Of a DNA stretch of 64,000 nt, positions 27,633-37,597 are shown one piece after another; the first letter of the stretch is position 1; the number at the start of each line of letters is the position of its first letter. Origin of the DNA: Candidatus Thalassarchaeum betae (lineage in GTDB: Archaea > Thermoplasmatota > Poseidoniia > Poseidoniales > Thalassarchaeaceae); NCBI GenBank assembly GCA_022447095.1, contig JAKUUP010000006.1, forward strand, positions 2,123 to 66,122, read 5' to 3'. A model generated the notes under the pieces. The model was not told where the DNA came from. It made no database searches and saw only the letters and a program-made list of their open reading frames with translations. The position numbers and the translations under genes are program-made.

Positions 27633-29762
27633 ATGTCTGCGCGTCCAGACCCCGAGTCGTCCCGAGAGCAGGACCTAGGCCTGTTCGAAGTGGTAACCCG
27701 TGACGGCGCTGCGAGAATCGGACGTCTGCACACCCGACACGGCGCACTCAACACACCGATGCTACTCCCAGTGGTTAACCCCAACCTGCGCACCATCGAG
27801 CCACGGGAGATGTGGGAGCGGTACGGCGTTGAGGCTCTGATAACCAACTCCTACGTGATATGGAAGCACGACGATTTGCGCGAACAGGCTCTGGCTGATG
27901 GCATTCACACTCTGCTTGACTTTCCAGGAGTCATCGTGACCGACTCCGGGACATTCCAGTCATATGTCTACGGCGACGTCGAGGTCGGAGCAGAGGAGAT
28001 AGTCGCATTCCAGCGTGACATCGGCGTTGACATCGGAACCATGCTCGATGTCTTCGGCCGACCGGACATGAGTCGATCCGAACTCGAGAACTCGGTCGAG
28101 GAGACAGCGGCCAGAGCCGAGCAGTCTCTCGATACTGCCGGTCAGAAGACTCTACTAAATGGCCCGGTACAAGGAGGCCTGCATGACGATCTCAGGGCAA
28201 GGGGAGGGATTCTGATGGGCGCCGCCTCGGGACAGCACCGTGGCTTCGCAGTCCATCCCATCGGAGGCATCGTCCCGCTGATGGAGAGGCAGCGCTACCG
28301 GGAGTTATTCCGCATACTTCTCGCCGCGAGGTCAACCATCCCTCCTCATCGTCCCATCCACCTCTTTGGCTGCGGCCATCCGCTGCTGTTCCCGATGGCC
28401 ATCGCACTGGGTGCTGATCTGTTCGACAGTGCGGCCTACGCAATCTTCGCTCGAGACGACCGACTGCTCACACCGACAGGCACTGTCAAACTGGCTGACA
28501 TTCGCGAATGGCCGACCCATTCCGCCGCCCTGTTCGGGCACGAACCTGACACAGTCAGAGCGATGCGCCCCGATGAACGCTCGACCCTGCTCGCGCACCA
28601 CAACCTCGAGGTCACTCAGGCTGAGTTGGCTCGTTGCCGCGAAGCGATTCGGAATGGCACTATCTGGCAACTCGCCGAGCAGCGCAGCCACGCCTCGCCG
28701 CAACTGCGGGATGCCTTCCTATGGGTGCTCGAGCAGCTGGACGAGTTGGCAGATGACCCGATAGGTGAATCCGTTCTGAATCTGATGGCTTCGACCAACC
28801 CGGTCAGGAGCGGCGGCGAGCATCTGAGCGACGATGTTGGCATGAGGCCCCACATACTACATCTCCACGCCCTGCTATCGATGCGCTGGAGGGTGCCGGG
28901 CTCGTGGTGGGACGGCTCCGAGGAGGACCCCAAGAGAACAGTTCTGATAGAAGGGGCAGCCCCGCCGTGGCGCGATTCCGCACTGGGTGCGGTTGTCTCA
29001 GCACTTGTCGATGAGCCGAGGAGCGTGGTACTAGTATCAACTCCGCTCGGACCCATCCCGTTCACTCTAGAAGATGTCTCTCCGTGGTGCCACCTCGACG
29101 GTCCTGACGACATGTGGATGGAGGTCTACGAAGACGATGAGATTGCAGACAGCCTTGAGGAGATTGGCCTTGATGGATTACCCCTCGTTCGCATGCCTGC
29201 ATCTTCAGACTTCGAGCACGAGCGAACCGCTGCGGTACGAGCATGGCTCGACCGCTGCGCGGTGGTCGACAAACTGGCCGTGTTCTGCGGAGTCAGTCCG
29301 ACAGAAGGGTGCAGGCTGACTGATGGAATGAGCAGCCGCCGCTCTCGCACCGACCGGATGGTCAACGTCCACTCGGGTGGCGAGCACATGCTTTCGCCCC
29401 GTCTCGCAGATGGCGGCATCACTCTCGCACTCGACGGTGCGCGACGCCTCAACGACCTGAACCCCAGTCCTCCCGTAGCCTTCGACGAGCCGATCGAGGA
29501 CGTCGGCTCGGACCACCCTGGAATCCCTCGAGTGTGGTTGCTTGACGATGCCATTCCATTTGTCGGACGTGGCCGCAATGTAATGCATGGTTACGTGCTT
29601 GGCGCTGACCCCCATCTCATTCCGGGTCAGCCCTGCCTCGTGGTCGACGGAAACGGCGGATTGGTCGCCCATGGCACCGCAGTCACTACCGCACTGGAGA
29701 TGGCGCACCTCAAGAAGGGAATAGCGGTGAGGGTTCGTGACGGAGCCCTGAAGGACTCCTGA
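27633..29762 (+). CDS. tgtA: archaeosine tRNA-guanine(15) transglycosylase with C-terminal PUA domain
   Basis: ARIG..TP.LLPVVNP, ITNSY, DSGTFQ, GGIVPLME, HLFG.GHP and FDSAAY; PUA domain (PFVGRGRNV..G.AVRVR). Confidence 0.93.
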   Translation: MSARPDPESSREQDLGLFEVVTRDGAARIGRLHTRHGALNTPMLLPVVNPNLRTIEPREMWERYGVEALITNSYVIWKHDDLREQALADGIHTLLDFPGVIVTDSGTFQSYVYGDVEVGAEEIVAFQRDIGVDIGTMLDVFGRPDMSRSELENSVEETAARAEQSLDTAGQKTLLNGPVQGGLHDDLRARGGILMGAASGQHRGFAVHPIGGIVPLMERQRYRELFRILLAARSTIPPHRPIHLFGCGHPLLFPMAIALGADLFDSAAYAIFARDDRLLTPTGTVKLADIREWPTHSAALFGHEPDTVRAMRPDERSTLLAHHNLEVTQAELARCREAIRNGTIWQLAEQRSHASPQLRDAFLWVLEQLDELADDPIGESVLNLMASTNPVRSGGEHLSDDVGMRPHILHLHALLSMRWRVPGSWWDGSEEDPKRTVLIEGAAPPWRDSALGAVVSALVDEPRSVVLVSTPLGPIPFTLEDVSPWCHLDGPDDMWMEVYEDDEIADSLEEIGLDGLPLVRMPASSDFEHERTAAVRAWLDRCAVVDKLAVFCGVSPTEGCRLTDGMSSRRSRTDRMVNVHSGGEHMLSPRLADGGITLALDGARRLNDLNPSPPVAFDEPIEDVGSDHPGIPRVWLLDDAIPFVGRGRNVMHGYVLGADPHLIPGQPCLVVDGNGGLVAHGTAVTTALEMAHLKKGIAVRVRDGALKDS

Positions 29763-29820
29763 GTCTCACTTCCTCGACCCGGTCGGGGATTAGTTCAAGT
29801 GGCGCACTTACTAGCGGAGT

Positions 29821-29842
29821 TCGACTCCCCTTAGGGAGTCGA
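29821..29842 (+). promoter_or_regulatory. perfect 9-bp stem-loop just upstream of the ABC operon start
   Basis: TCGACTCCC-CTTA-GGGAGTCGA, ending 9 nt before ATG 29852. Confidence 0.5.
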
Positions 29843-29851
29843 GGGTAACAA

Positions 29852-30850
29852 ATGAGCACAGAATTGAACGGTGGACCGGTCATCACAGCCCACAATCTGC
29901 GCAAGATGTACGGCCCCCACCTCGCGTTGGACGACGTCGATCTCGAGATTCCTTCTGGCGCAGTCGGCATCCTCGGTCCGAACGGCGCCGGCAAGTCGAC
30001 CCTGTTCAAGTGCCTGCTAGGGCTGATTAAGACGACCTCGGGAGAAGGCACCGTACTAGGTTACGACATCAGGACCGAGGGTGACAAGATTCGCTCTAAG
30101 ATTGGCTACATGCCTGAGTACGACGCTCTCGACCCAGGACTAGCCGCAGTCGACCAGGTCCGCTATTCCGGCGAGCTTCTGGGCATGAATCCGGCCCACG
30201 CTACTCAAAGGGCTCATGAGGTACTCGAGTACGTCGGGCTGAAGGACCAGCGCTACAGGAAGATCGAGACATTCAGCACCGGTATGAAGCAGGCTGCCAA
30301 ACTGGCTTGCGCCCTCGTCCACGACCCTGAGATTCTGATTTGCGACGAGCCAACCAACGGTCTCGACCAGAGGGCCCGTGAGTTCATGCTCCAGACGCTC
30401 AGACGCACGGTCTCCGAAGGCGGTCGCTCAGTCTTGATGAGCAGCCACGTCATGGACGATGTCCAGAATGTATGTGATCGCATCGTGATGATCCATAAGG
30501 GAAAGATCGTAGTACAGCGTCGAATCGAGGAACTAACCAAACAGGTCGACAGGGAGATCGAGATTTCGGTCTGGGGCGGCGCCAGCCGCATGCATGCAGC
30601 ACTTGTGGGACGCGGTTTCGGAGTCCGCAGACTCGGTCGGGTGCTCCGCATCGACCGCGTTGACGACAACACAACATTCGTCATCCTCGAAGCCGCCGCC
30701 GAGGCTGGTGTCCAAGTCCGGCAGATGCAGGAGTACGAGCCCGACCTAGAGGACGTATTCCTACTGATCATGGATAAGCTCGGAGCCGAGGTCAAGGGAA
30801 CCTCGGAGTTGATGACTGAGAGCCACACCGGAGGTGGTCCGCCTGAGTGA
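29852..30850 (+). CDS. ABC-2 type transporter ATP-binding protein
   Basis: GPNGAGKST, FSTGMKQ, ICDEPT and SSH motifs. Confidence 0.95.
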   Translation: MSTELNGGPVITAHNLRKMYGPHLALDDVDLEIPSGAVGILGPNGAGKSTLFKCLLGLIKTTSGEGTVLGYDIRTEGDKIRSKIGYMPEYDALDPGLAAVDQVRYSGELLGMNPAHATQRAHEVLEYVGLKDQRYRKIETFSTGMKQAAKLACALVHDPEILICDEPTNGLDQRAREFMLQTLRRTVSEGGRSVLMSSHVMDDVQNVCDRIVMIHKGKIVVQRRIEELTKQVDREIEISVWGGASRMHAALVGRGFGVRRLGRVLRIDRVDDNTTFVILEAAAEAGVQVRQMQEYEPDLEDVFLLIMDKLGAEVKGTSELMTESHTGGGPPE

Positions 30851-31859
30851 TGACGGGGTCGACATAGGGGGCGGCAAGACCCGAATGGAGGTTGCCTACG
30901 GATCCGGCGATGGCGACGACAAGGCTCAGGCTATAGTGGCCAAGAAGGAGGCAACGCTAGGGGCAGTATTCGATCAGTCCTACCGTCCATGGGATGGCGA
31001 ACTGGGCCCGAGGTGGGTGAGGAACTACGCCATCTTCAGGCATCATGTCTACGGCCTCTTCAAAGGCACGGGGCACCGCCACTATCATCCGATGGTGAAA
31101 CTGACTATCCTCATCATACTGTTGTTCTCTCTGTTGCCCGTGCTAATGCTCTTCCTCGCCTCTCTTTCAGGTGGTGGCGAGTTAGGAGATTTCACTGCAA
31201 GGATGTGGGGCATCAACCGCTACAACCTGTGGGGCCAGGTTCTAGGCTACTTCCCTCGGAACCTGTGCTGCTGGCCCCTTCTGACCGCCTTGGTGGTAGG
31301 GGGGGTGATCTCTGACGACCGCAGGAACGGAACCAGCGCCATCTACTTCTCGAGGCCCGTCACGAGGTTCGACTACACCGCGATGAAGTACCTCAGCGTA
31401 GCAGTTGTACTGGGCTTCGTCATCATCCTGTCGTACTTCGTATACTACACCACGGCCATCATCTTCAACGCCGAGGGGTGGGCATACCTCGTCGACACCC
31501 TCCCGATGTTCTTGGGCGGATTGCTGGCAGGAATCCTCTTGGTCATCACCTACACCTCTATCGGGCTCGCACTGTCGAGCATCAGCCAGAGCCGCTTCTT
31601 CGCGGCTATCGCCTTCCTCGGTCTGATTTACGGTACCAAACTGCTCGCTACGCTGATCCAGCTCCAGTTCGACTCCTCCATCCTGTTCATCCTCAGCCCC
31701 TACGACTGTCTCGCCCACATCGGTCAGTGGCTACTTGGCTTAGATCAGAACTACGAACATCCCCTGTCCTTCTCGATAGTTTCGATATTGGCGATTAACG
31801 CCGCTTGCATCGGACTGCTGACAGCACGTGTGAGCTCCTTGGAGGTGACGAGAGAATGA
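30834..31859 (+). CDS. ABC-2 type transporter permease
   Basis: About 6 TM; ISDDRRNGT..YFSRPVTRFDY..K motif. The start codon is uncertain. Confidence 0.88.
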   Translation: MVRLSDDGVDIGGGKTRMEVAYGSGDGDDKAQAIVAKKEATLGAVFDQSYRPWDGELGPRWVRNYAIFRHHVYGLFKGTGHRHYHPMVKLTILIILLFSLLPVLMLFLASLSGGGELGDFTARMWGINRYNLWGQVLGYFPRNLCCWPLLTALVVGGVISDDRRNGTSAIYFSRPVTRFDYTAMKYLSVAVVLGFVIILSYFVYYTTAIIFNAEGWAYLVDTLPMFLGGLLAGILLVITYTSIGLALSSISQSRFFAAIAFLGLIYGTKLLATLIQLQFDSSILFILSPYDCLAHIGQWLLGLDQNYEHPLSFSIVSILAINAACIGLLTARVSSLEVTRE

Positions 31860-32797
31860 GTGATTCGAAGGCTCCCGCAGTCTTGGTGGACCAAGCATCG
31901 AAATGGTACGGACAGGTCATCGGCCTCAACGACGTCTCTCTTGCCATCGATGGCGGCGTGACTGGTGTACTCGGCCCCAACGGGGCCGGCAAATCGACCC
32001 TGTTCAAGCTCCTTATGGGCCGGCTGAAACCCAGCCAAGGCAGTGTCCGGCTGTTCGGCATCGACCCGTGGTCCAGCACCGCACCGTACCGCAGAATCGG
32101 ATACGTGAGCGAGTCAGAGAGGATGTACGATTGGATGACCGGACTCGACTTCGTCACCACTCTGGCAAGGCTCCATGGCATGACTCGCGAGGAGGCTACG
32201 GCCAGAGCCGAGCACGTGCTGGACTTCGTAGGTCTCACCGATGTCCGGAACAAGGAACTAGGAAAATACAGCAAGGGCATGAGGCAACGCGTCAAGATAG
32301 CCCACGCACTAGTCCACGACCCCGACCTCATCATCCTCGACGAGCCGTTGCACGGCTGCGACCCAATCGCCCGAACCAGTATCATGAGCGTCATCCGCGA
32401 GCTTGGCTCGCAGGGCAAGACCGTACTGATATCGAGCCACATTCTCGAAGAGATAGAGCGCATTACCGAGCAGATCGTCATACTGCACAACGGCAGACTG
32501 CTCGCCCTAGGAAACCTGCACGCCATCAGAGGACTGCTCGACAAGCACCCCCATAGGATACTGCTGACATGCGACGACCCTCGCAGACTCGCCTCCAAGT
32601 TCATCGCCGAGGACCCGGTCCACGGTGTGAGCTTCCCTGAAGAAGGCCAGTTGGAGATCCAGACCAACGACCTCTCTGAGGCTCATTCCATCCTGCCCCG
32701 TGTCATAGTCAATTCAGGGACTAACGTGACCTCGATTGAGAACCCAGACGACAACCTCGAATCCCTGCTGGGGTACCTCGTGGGAGGTGATTCGTGA
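31856..32797 (+). CDS. ABC-2 type transporter ATP-binding protein
   Basis: GPNGAGKST, YSKGMRQR, ILDEP and SSH motifs; GGAGGTG upstream. Confidence 0.95.
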   Translation: MSDSKAPAVLVDQASKWYGQVIGLNDVSLAIDGGVTGVLGPNGAGKSTLFKLLMGRLKPSQGSVRLFGIDPWSSTAPYRRIGYVSESERMYDWMTGLDFVTTLARLHGMTREEATARAEHVLDFVGLTDVRNKELGKYSKGMRQRVKIAHALVHDPDLIILDEPLHGCDPIARTSIMSVIRELGSQGKTVLISSHILEEIERITEQIVILHNGRLLALGNLHAIRGLLDKHPHRILLTCDDPRRLASKFIAEDPVHGVSFPEEGQLEIQTNDLSEAHSILPRVIVNSGTNVTSIENPDDNLESLLGYLVGGDS

Positions 32798-34407
32798 TGG
32801 ATGAGAAGGGCTGGGCTCTGAGTGAGACGGTGTGGACGCGCTTCGACCGTAAGGCCGGTGCGATAACAGAGCTCACCGTAAGGCAACTCAGGCACCGCAT
32901 CTCGACCTGGGTGGTGCTCTCCGTCGGCGTCCTCGTGATGGCCCTGCTGCTGGCCTTCTACACCGACGGTATCAGAGAGGGATTCGAGCCCTACGACGAT
33001 GATCAAGATTCTGTGGATTGGGACAACGACGGCTATCCTAGGGGCCAGGAGGATAAGTTCGGAACCAGTGACTGGGACGGCGCTGAGTACCCCGGCTCCG
33101 GCTACTATGAGGCAGACGGCGATATAGACTGGAATGACGATGCAAGATTCCACTCTGGCAACCACACTTGGTATGGAGAGGGCTACTTCGAGGCTGATTG
33201 GCTAGACACCGACTACTCCGGCGACCGATGGTCGGGCATCATTGACTGGGAGGACGTGGAGGCTTGTCCTGAAGGGCAAGTCACCGAAGACTGGTGGCCG
33301 GAGTGGGGCGAGGCCTGCATCTACGAAGACGACTCCTACTTCGTCAGTGGGAGATTCAAGGCCTCCGGGTCAGTCAACGTCCCCGATAACCTCCGCATGG
33401 AGTGGGGACACATGACCGACGAGTACTACGTCGAACCTGACCCGGCCTCGATGTACATCGACGAGGACGGTATCCTGTGGGATGGCAGGGACGTCTCCGA
33501 GATCGGCAACGAGATCGACGACGACGGAGACTGCCTCCTTGTGATGGACGACTCGAATGGAAACGGGATTCCCTGCGATGTCGTCTGGATTCTCGACGCC
33601 GACGGCGATGAGATAGTCGATATTCGTGCGGATTTCAATGTGAATGAGGACCCCGCGGAGGGAGAGTACGTCGGCGAGTCATCGCACAGGACCTTCATCA
33701 TCGGGACTGGCAAGATGGCCTTCGTGATGCTGCTTGGGATATTCATCCCGCTGTTCCTCGCTCTTGGCCTAGTGAGGGACGAGACCGAGAACGGCACACT
33801 GCACTACCTTCTCTCAAAGCCGATCCACCGTGCCGAGTTCATCCTCTACCGGTTACTCGGCTATCTGCTTCTGGCAGGAACATACATCCTCGTGTTAGTA
33901 CTGCTGATGGCGCTGATAACCTCGCTCATAGGGCCGGGCGAGAGCCTGATACGACTGTCTGACTTCCCCGTTTGGCTGGGAATCGGCCTAGCGACCATAC
34001 TGGTGTTAGCCGCCTATGGGGCGATGTACAACACGTTGGGCCTGATATTCCCCAAGTACGGCGTCTACATGTGCATTATTCTAGGGGTCTGGGAGTTCAT
34101 CATGGGCTTATTCACGATAACCATGCCCTCAGCGACGGTGCCGATGCTGTCAGTCTCCCACTGGGCCCTGCAGATGATAGATGCCATCGTACTGATTGCA
34201 TGGCCCGACACCCTGCAGTACTCGCAGATGGCTGACGCCTTCGGGTTCGACTCCCCCCTCCCCTTCTTCTGGCAGCCTCCGGTCCACACGCTCGGAACTC
34301 AGAGCCCGGTGGCAGCCCTTCTGGTCAGCATCGCCGTCCTGCTAGTGATTACCCTTGGGATGATGGGCATCGGGCAGTCCAGTTTCAAGAACCGAGAGAT
34401 AATGTGA
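32794..34407 (+). CDS. ABC-2 type permease with large acidic extracytoplasmic insertion
   Basis: DETENGTLHYLLSKPIHR motif; Asp/Trp-rich loop of about 240 aa after TM1. Confidence 0.88.
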   Translation: MMDEKGWALSETVWTRFDRKAGAITELTVRQLRHRISTWVVLSVGVLVMALLLAFYTDGIREGFEPYDDDQDSVDWDNDGYPRGQEDKFGTSDWDGAEYPGSGYYEADGDIDWNDDARFHSGNHTWYGEGYFEADWLDTDYSGDRWSGIIDWEDVEACPEGQVTEDWWPEWGEACIYEDDSYFVSGRFKASGSVNVPDNLRMEWGHMTDEYYVEPDPASMYIDEDGILWDGRDVSEIGNEIDDDGDCLLVMDDSNGNGIPCDVVWILDADGDEIVDIRADFNVNEDPAEGEYVGESSHRTFIIGTGKMAFVMLLGIFIPLFLALGLVRDETENGTLHYLLSKPIHRAEFILYRLLGYLLLAGTYILVLVLLMALITSLIGPGESLIRLSDFPVWLGIGLATILVLAAYGAMYNTLGLIFPKYGVYMCIILGVWEFIMGLFTITMPSATVPMLSVSHWALQMIDAIVLIAWPDTLQYSQMADAFGFDSPLPFFWQPPVHTLGTQSPVAALLVSIAVLLVITLGMMGIGQSSFKNREIM

Positions 34408-34419
34408 GGCGGTAGCTCG

Positions 34420-35607
34420 ATGGAGAAGTTCGTAGGCGATTTGTCCTCTCTGTGGCGCCTCGACATTATGCCGGCAATCCCACGCCTCTCATGGTGGTGG
34501 TACTGGGTCATCATGTACGTTCCCGACCCGGATATCCCGACGCGCTCACGCCAGCTGATGATCCTATGGTCGACCAAGGAGACGCCAGCGATCCGCGTCA
34601 GCGGTCACTGGTGGAAGCCAGGCTCGCGAATGTCCGTGGATGAGCACGGAGGGCACGTCATACCCGGGATGGTATGCGCCTGGTGGTATGATGGCAAGCG
34701 CATGTTCGAACCGTTGGTTATCAGAGAGTGCAGGATGGCTGTTGTCGACGATAAACACCCACTCTGGCCCGGCCGGGGGACAGGAGAGGGCGCGGGCGCG
34801 GTAGTCCCGATACTCGATCAGGACTTCTCGTTGGGGATGCGCCCCGGGAACGAAAGCATCTGGCTTTGCCTAACCAGTGATGCCGAGGCACGGGCCAAGG
34901 GCTCCCCTACGTCATTCGAGGCTGAACTTGAGCCTTGGTGGGGCCCGCCTAGCACCCTGACCTACAAGAACAACATCTACGGGCTTGGGATGGGGTATGA
35001 TATCCTCAGGCTGCAGGGGACCAAACTCAAACTCAAGGTAGACGACGAGGAGTTCGAAGGCACGGCGTATTTCCAGAAGGTCTCGGTGCAGGCCCCCTCT
35101 TTCCCATGGTACTGGGGCATGCTGCACTTCGACGACGGCTCCTACATCGACTGGTTCATGCCGCACAGCACCCCCAGTATGAGCTCGATGGATGACACTC
35201 CATGGCGTCGCCGACACTTCTTCCGCACCCCTTCGATAGGGACCGGCATATTCCATGACGCGAAGCGTGGCAGGACAGAAAACTTCGCACGCTGCGAGGT
35301 CGAGGTGGCCGAACCAGACGACGACGAGGAGCCACTGAGGGACAATCAGGGCAACCCCCTGCCAAAGTTCAGAATCAGGCTATGGAACGGCCGTACGCAG
35401 ATTTCGATCGAGGTTCGCGCGTGCTCACGGGCACGCTGGACCTTCGACCAACCCACGCGCGCGGGCATGGTGAGTCACTTGACGTACAACGAGTACCCGC
35501 TCGAGGTCGATCGTATCGCGATACTCGACGAGCAGGGCCTACGCAGTGTTGACGACTACGAGTGGATTCACGGCAACGCTGAACACACGTGGGGCATTCT
35601 GCACTGA
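34420..35607 (+). CDS. hypothetical protein, possibly AttH/CrtC/tocopherol-cyclase-like beta fold
   Basis: SWWWYW near the N-terminus; GTAYFQK..PWYWGMLHFDDGS; final HGNAEHTW. The fold assignment is tentative. Confidence 0.55.
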   Translation: MEKFVGDLSSLWRLDIMPAIPRLSWWWYWVIMYVPDPDIPTRSRQLMILWSTKETPAIRVSGHWWKPGSRMSVDEHGGHVIPGMVCAWWYDGKRMFEPLVIRECRMAVVDDKHPLWPGRGTGEGAGAVVPILDQDFSLGMRPGNESIWLCLTSDAEARAKGSPTSFEAELEPWWGPPSTLTYKNNIYGLGMGYDILRLQGTKLKLKVDDEEFEGTAYFQKVSVQAPSFPWYWGMLHFDDGSYIDWFMPHSTPSMSSMDDTPWRRRHFFRTPSIGTGIFHDAKRGRTENFARCEVEVAEPDDDEEPLRDNQGNPLPKFRIRLWNGRTQISIEVRACSRARWTFDQPTRAGMVSHLTYNEYPLEVDRIAILDEQGLRSVDDYEWIHGNAEHTWGILH

Positions 35608-35683
35608 GTCACTTCGGCTCGCAAGCCCACCTTCCGCACCGTTCATAACGGTGGGCCCACCAAGGCGTCACCGGGGGAATAGA

Positions 35684-36232
35684 ATGAGTGAGGAGGACTT
35701 GGTCACAAGAGCAGCCCAACATATCACACAGGGCGATTTCATGGGGGCGATGGCCCTTTTCGATTCCCATGTCGAAGCCAATCCTGACGACCCCGCGGGA
35801 TACCACGGATGGGCCGAGTCAGCACTGTTTGAGATTCAGCAGAACGGCAACATCGATGACAAGGGAGGCGACCGCATCAACGAGGGACAGGTGGCCGCCT
35901 ACTTCCGCAAGGCCTCTGGCCTGGAGCCTGACAATGCGGAGTACCTAGCCGCTCACGCCAACGCGCTGCTCGAATTCGATCGCATCCCGATGGCCGTACG
36001 CGAGTTCCAGAAGTTGCGAGATCTCGGAACCTCCTCTGATGAGGTCGACGTCTCGTTCCATCTGTACGAGGCGGCCCGCATGTTGATCGACGCCGTCGAC
36101 CTCAAGACCGACTTCGACCGAAGCCACCCCTTCGCCCAGCAGTTCGTCCCAGTGGCCATTGAATTCGCTTTGCTCGGCCTCGGATTTCCGTCAGCCGACG
36201 AAGCCGCCGAATACCTCGCTAAAGAGGAGTGA
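35684..36232 (+). CDS. tetratricopeptide-repeat protein
   Basis: TPR-like patterns (NPDDPAGYHGWA; FRKASGLEPDNAEYLAAHANAL). Confidence 0.75.
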   Translation: MSEEDLVTRAAQHITQGDFMGAMALFDSHVEANPDDPAGYHGWAESALFEIQQNGNIDDKGGDRINEGQVAAYFRKASGLEPDNAEYLAAHANALLEFDRIPMAVREFQKLRDLGTSSDEVDVSFHLYEAARMLIDAVDLKTDFDRSHPFAQQFVPVAIEFALLGLGFPSADEAAEYLAKEE

Positions 36233-37122
36233 TCGGGGGAGTGCCCTTGGAAAGCGACCGTGTGATGGTCGCTTTCGGCTACCATGGAGATGCATTCCAT
36301 GGCTCTCAGGTCCAACCCTTGATCAGGACCGTCGAAGGTTCTCTGAGACTGGCCTTGGAGAGGCTCGGATGGTGGAGCGAGAACTGTCTGGAGATATCCA
36401 GTCGCACAGATGCTGGCGTAAGCGTGAGGATGAACCTCGCTCGAATCGACCTGCCCAGTTCTGTGTCTGGGTCGATTGAGGAGAGTAATCTGCTCAGGGC
36501 GATGAACAACAACCTACCCATAGGGATGGTGGTCTGGAAGGTGAGGAAAATCCCGCAGGTCACGCGTATCAGGCATTCCTCCTCGAGGCACTACCTATAC
36601 CGCACGGAGGTTATTTCAGATTGGCCCCAAGAGGTGGATGAGAAACTGTTCAACGAGGCCTGTTCCATGATAGAGGGCCATCATGACTTCACCAACTTAT
36701 GCAGATTGGAGGAGGGAAAAAATCCTGTCAGGACTGTGGACGAATGCATCCCCTGGATTTCTTCCGACGGCAGGGTTATCGGTATCTCGGTGAAGTCTCA
36801 GGCGTTCCTCTGGAACCAAGTCCGTAGGATAGCCAGTGCCATCTCCGGGGTCGTCTCCGGAAGGAACACTCTGGATGATATCCGCTCTGCTCTAGAGAAC
36901 CCAGAAGACCCCTTGGATATGGGGCGCTCACCCTCGGACGGATTGATGCTGTGGGCCATCGAGAACGAGGAGTCAGATGGCATGACCGATGGCTCGATGC
37001 CGGATACCAGTTGGTTCTCGACACCACCAAGGGACTCGCGCGAGCACACGAGATGGCTCGCTCTCGCCCGACTCGAGATGGCGACGCTGCTGGAGCGCGA
37101 GTGGCTGAAGCGACTCAACTGA
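36229..37122 (+). CDS. truA: tRNA pseudouridine(38-40) synthase
   Basis: YHGDAFHGSQ.QP..RTVEG, SRTDAGV, GHHDF and FLWNQVRRI motifs. Confidence 0.9.
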   Translation: MIGGVPLESDRVMVAFGYHGDAFHGSQVQPLIRTVEGSLRLALERLGWWSENCLEISSRTDAGVSVRMNLARIDLPSSVSGSIEESNLLRAMNNNLPIGMVVWKVRKIPQVTRIRHSSSRHYLYRTEVISDWPQEVDEKLFNEACSMIEGHHDFTNLCRLEEGKNPVRTVDECIPWISSDGRVIGISVKSQAFLWNQVRRIASAISGVVSGRNTLDDIRSALENPEDPLDMGRSPSDGLMLWAIENEESDGMTDGSMPDTSWFSTPPRDSREHTRWLALARLEMATLLEREWLKRLN

Positions 37123-37597
37123 GGCGAATCCTGACTTCGTCACCGTCCTCGCAGGGCAGAGCCTCGCGTAGGAACGACGACGAGATCACCTCGGCAGTCT
37201 CTGTGTGGCGAGTCAGGTCGGGGATGAGGATGGCGCACTCAATCCACTCGTCACCGCCCCTGGTTATTTCGGCATCGAATGCGGTCGCGCCGCCGAACGA
37301 GCGCCCGTCTCGCTCGAAACCGTGGATTCGGAGTGGCTTCGCCCCCTCTGCCCCCTCTCCCTCTTCGAGGCCTGCTATGACTCGCAGACTCTTGTAATCG
37401 GCGAGGTTGTCGCCGTACAGACTGATGTTGAGTGTGCCAGGCCAGGCCCCCGCTCCTAATACTCTCTTGAACTGATTCTGGTAGTGCGGCTGGGCCATGA
37501 ACACATGGGCCCGGCCAAGACCACTCGCAACGACCCCCTGCAGATGCACGCGACTGCCGCGCGGCGACCGCTCATAATGTTCGGCATTGTGAATCAA
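37115..37597 (-). CDS. ribK: CTP-dependent riboflavin kinase (archaeal)
   Basis: GVVASGLG.A, PGTLN, GFERDGRSFG, P..TRH, EVIS..LR..L..DGD motifs. Confidence 0.9.
   Translation of the reverse strand: MIHNAEHYERSPRGSRVHLQGVVASGLGRAHVFMAQPHYQNQFKRVLGAGAWPGTLNISLYGDNLADYKSLRVIAGLEEGEGAEGAKPLRIHGFERDGRSFGGATAFDAEITRGGDEWIECAILIPDLTRHTETAEVISSSFLREALPCEDGDEVRIRLS

Noticed and set aside
29785-29833. tRNA-like fragment (TAGTTCAAGTGG ... GTTCGACTCC)
   Set aside because: It is under 50 nt with no anticodon arm or proper T-stem, so it is kept only as a structured leader.
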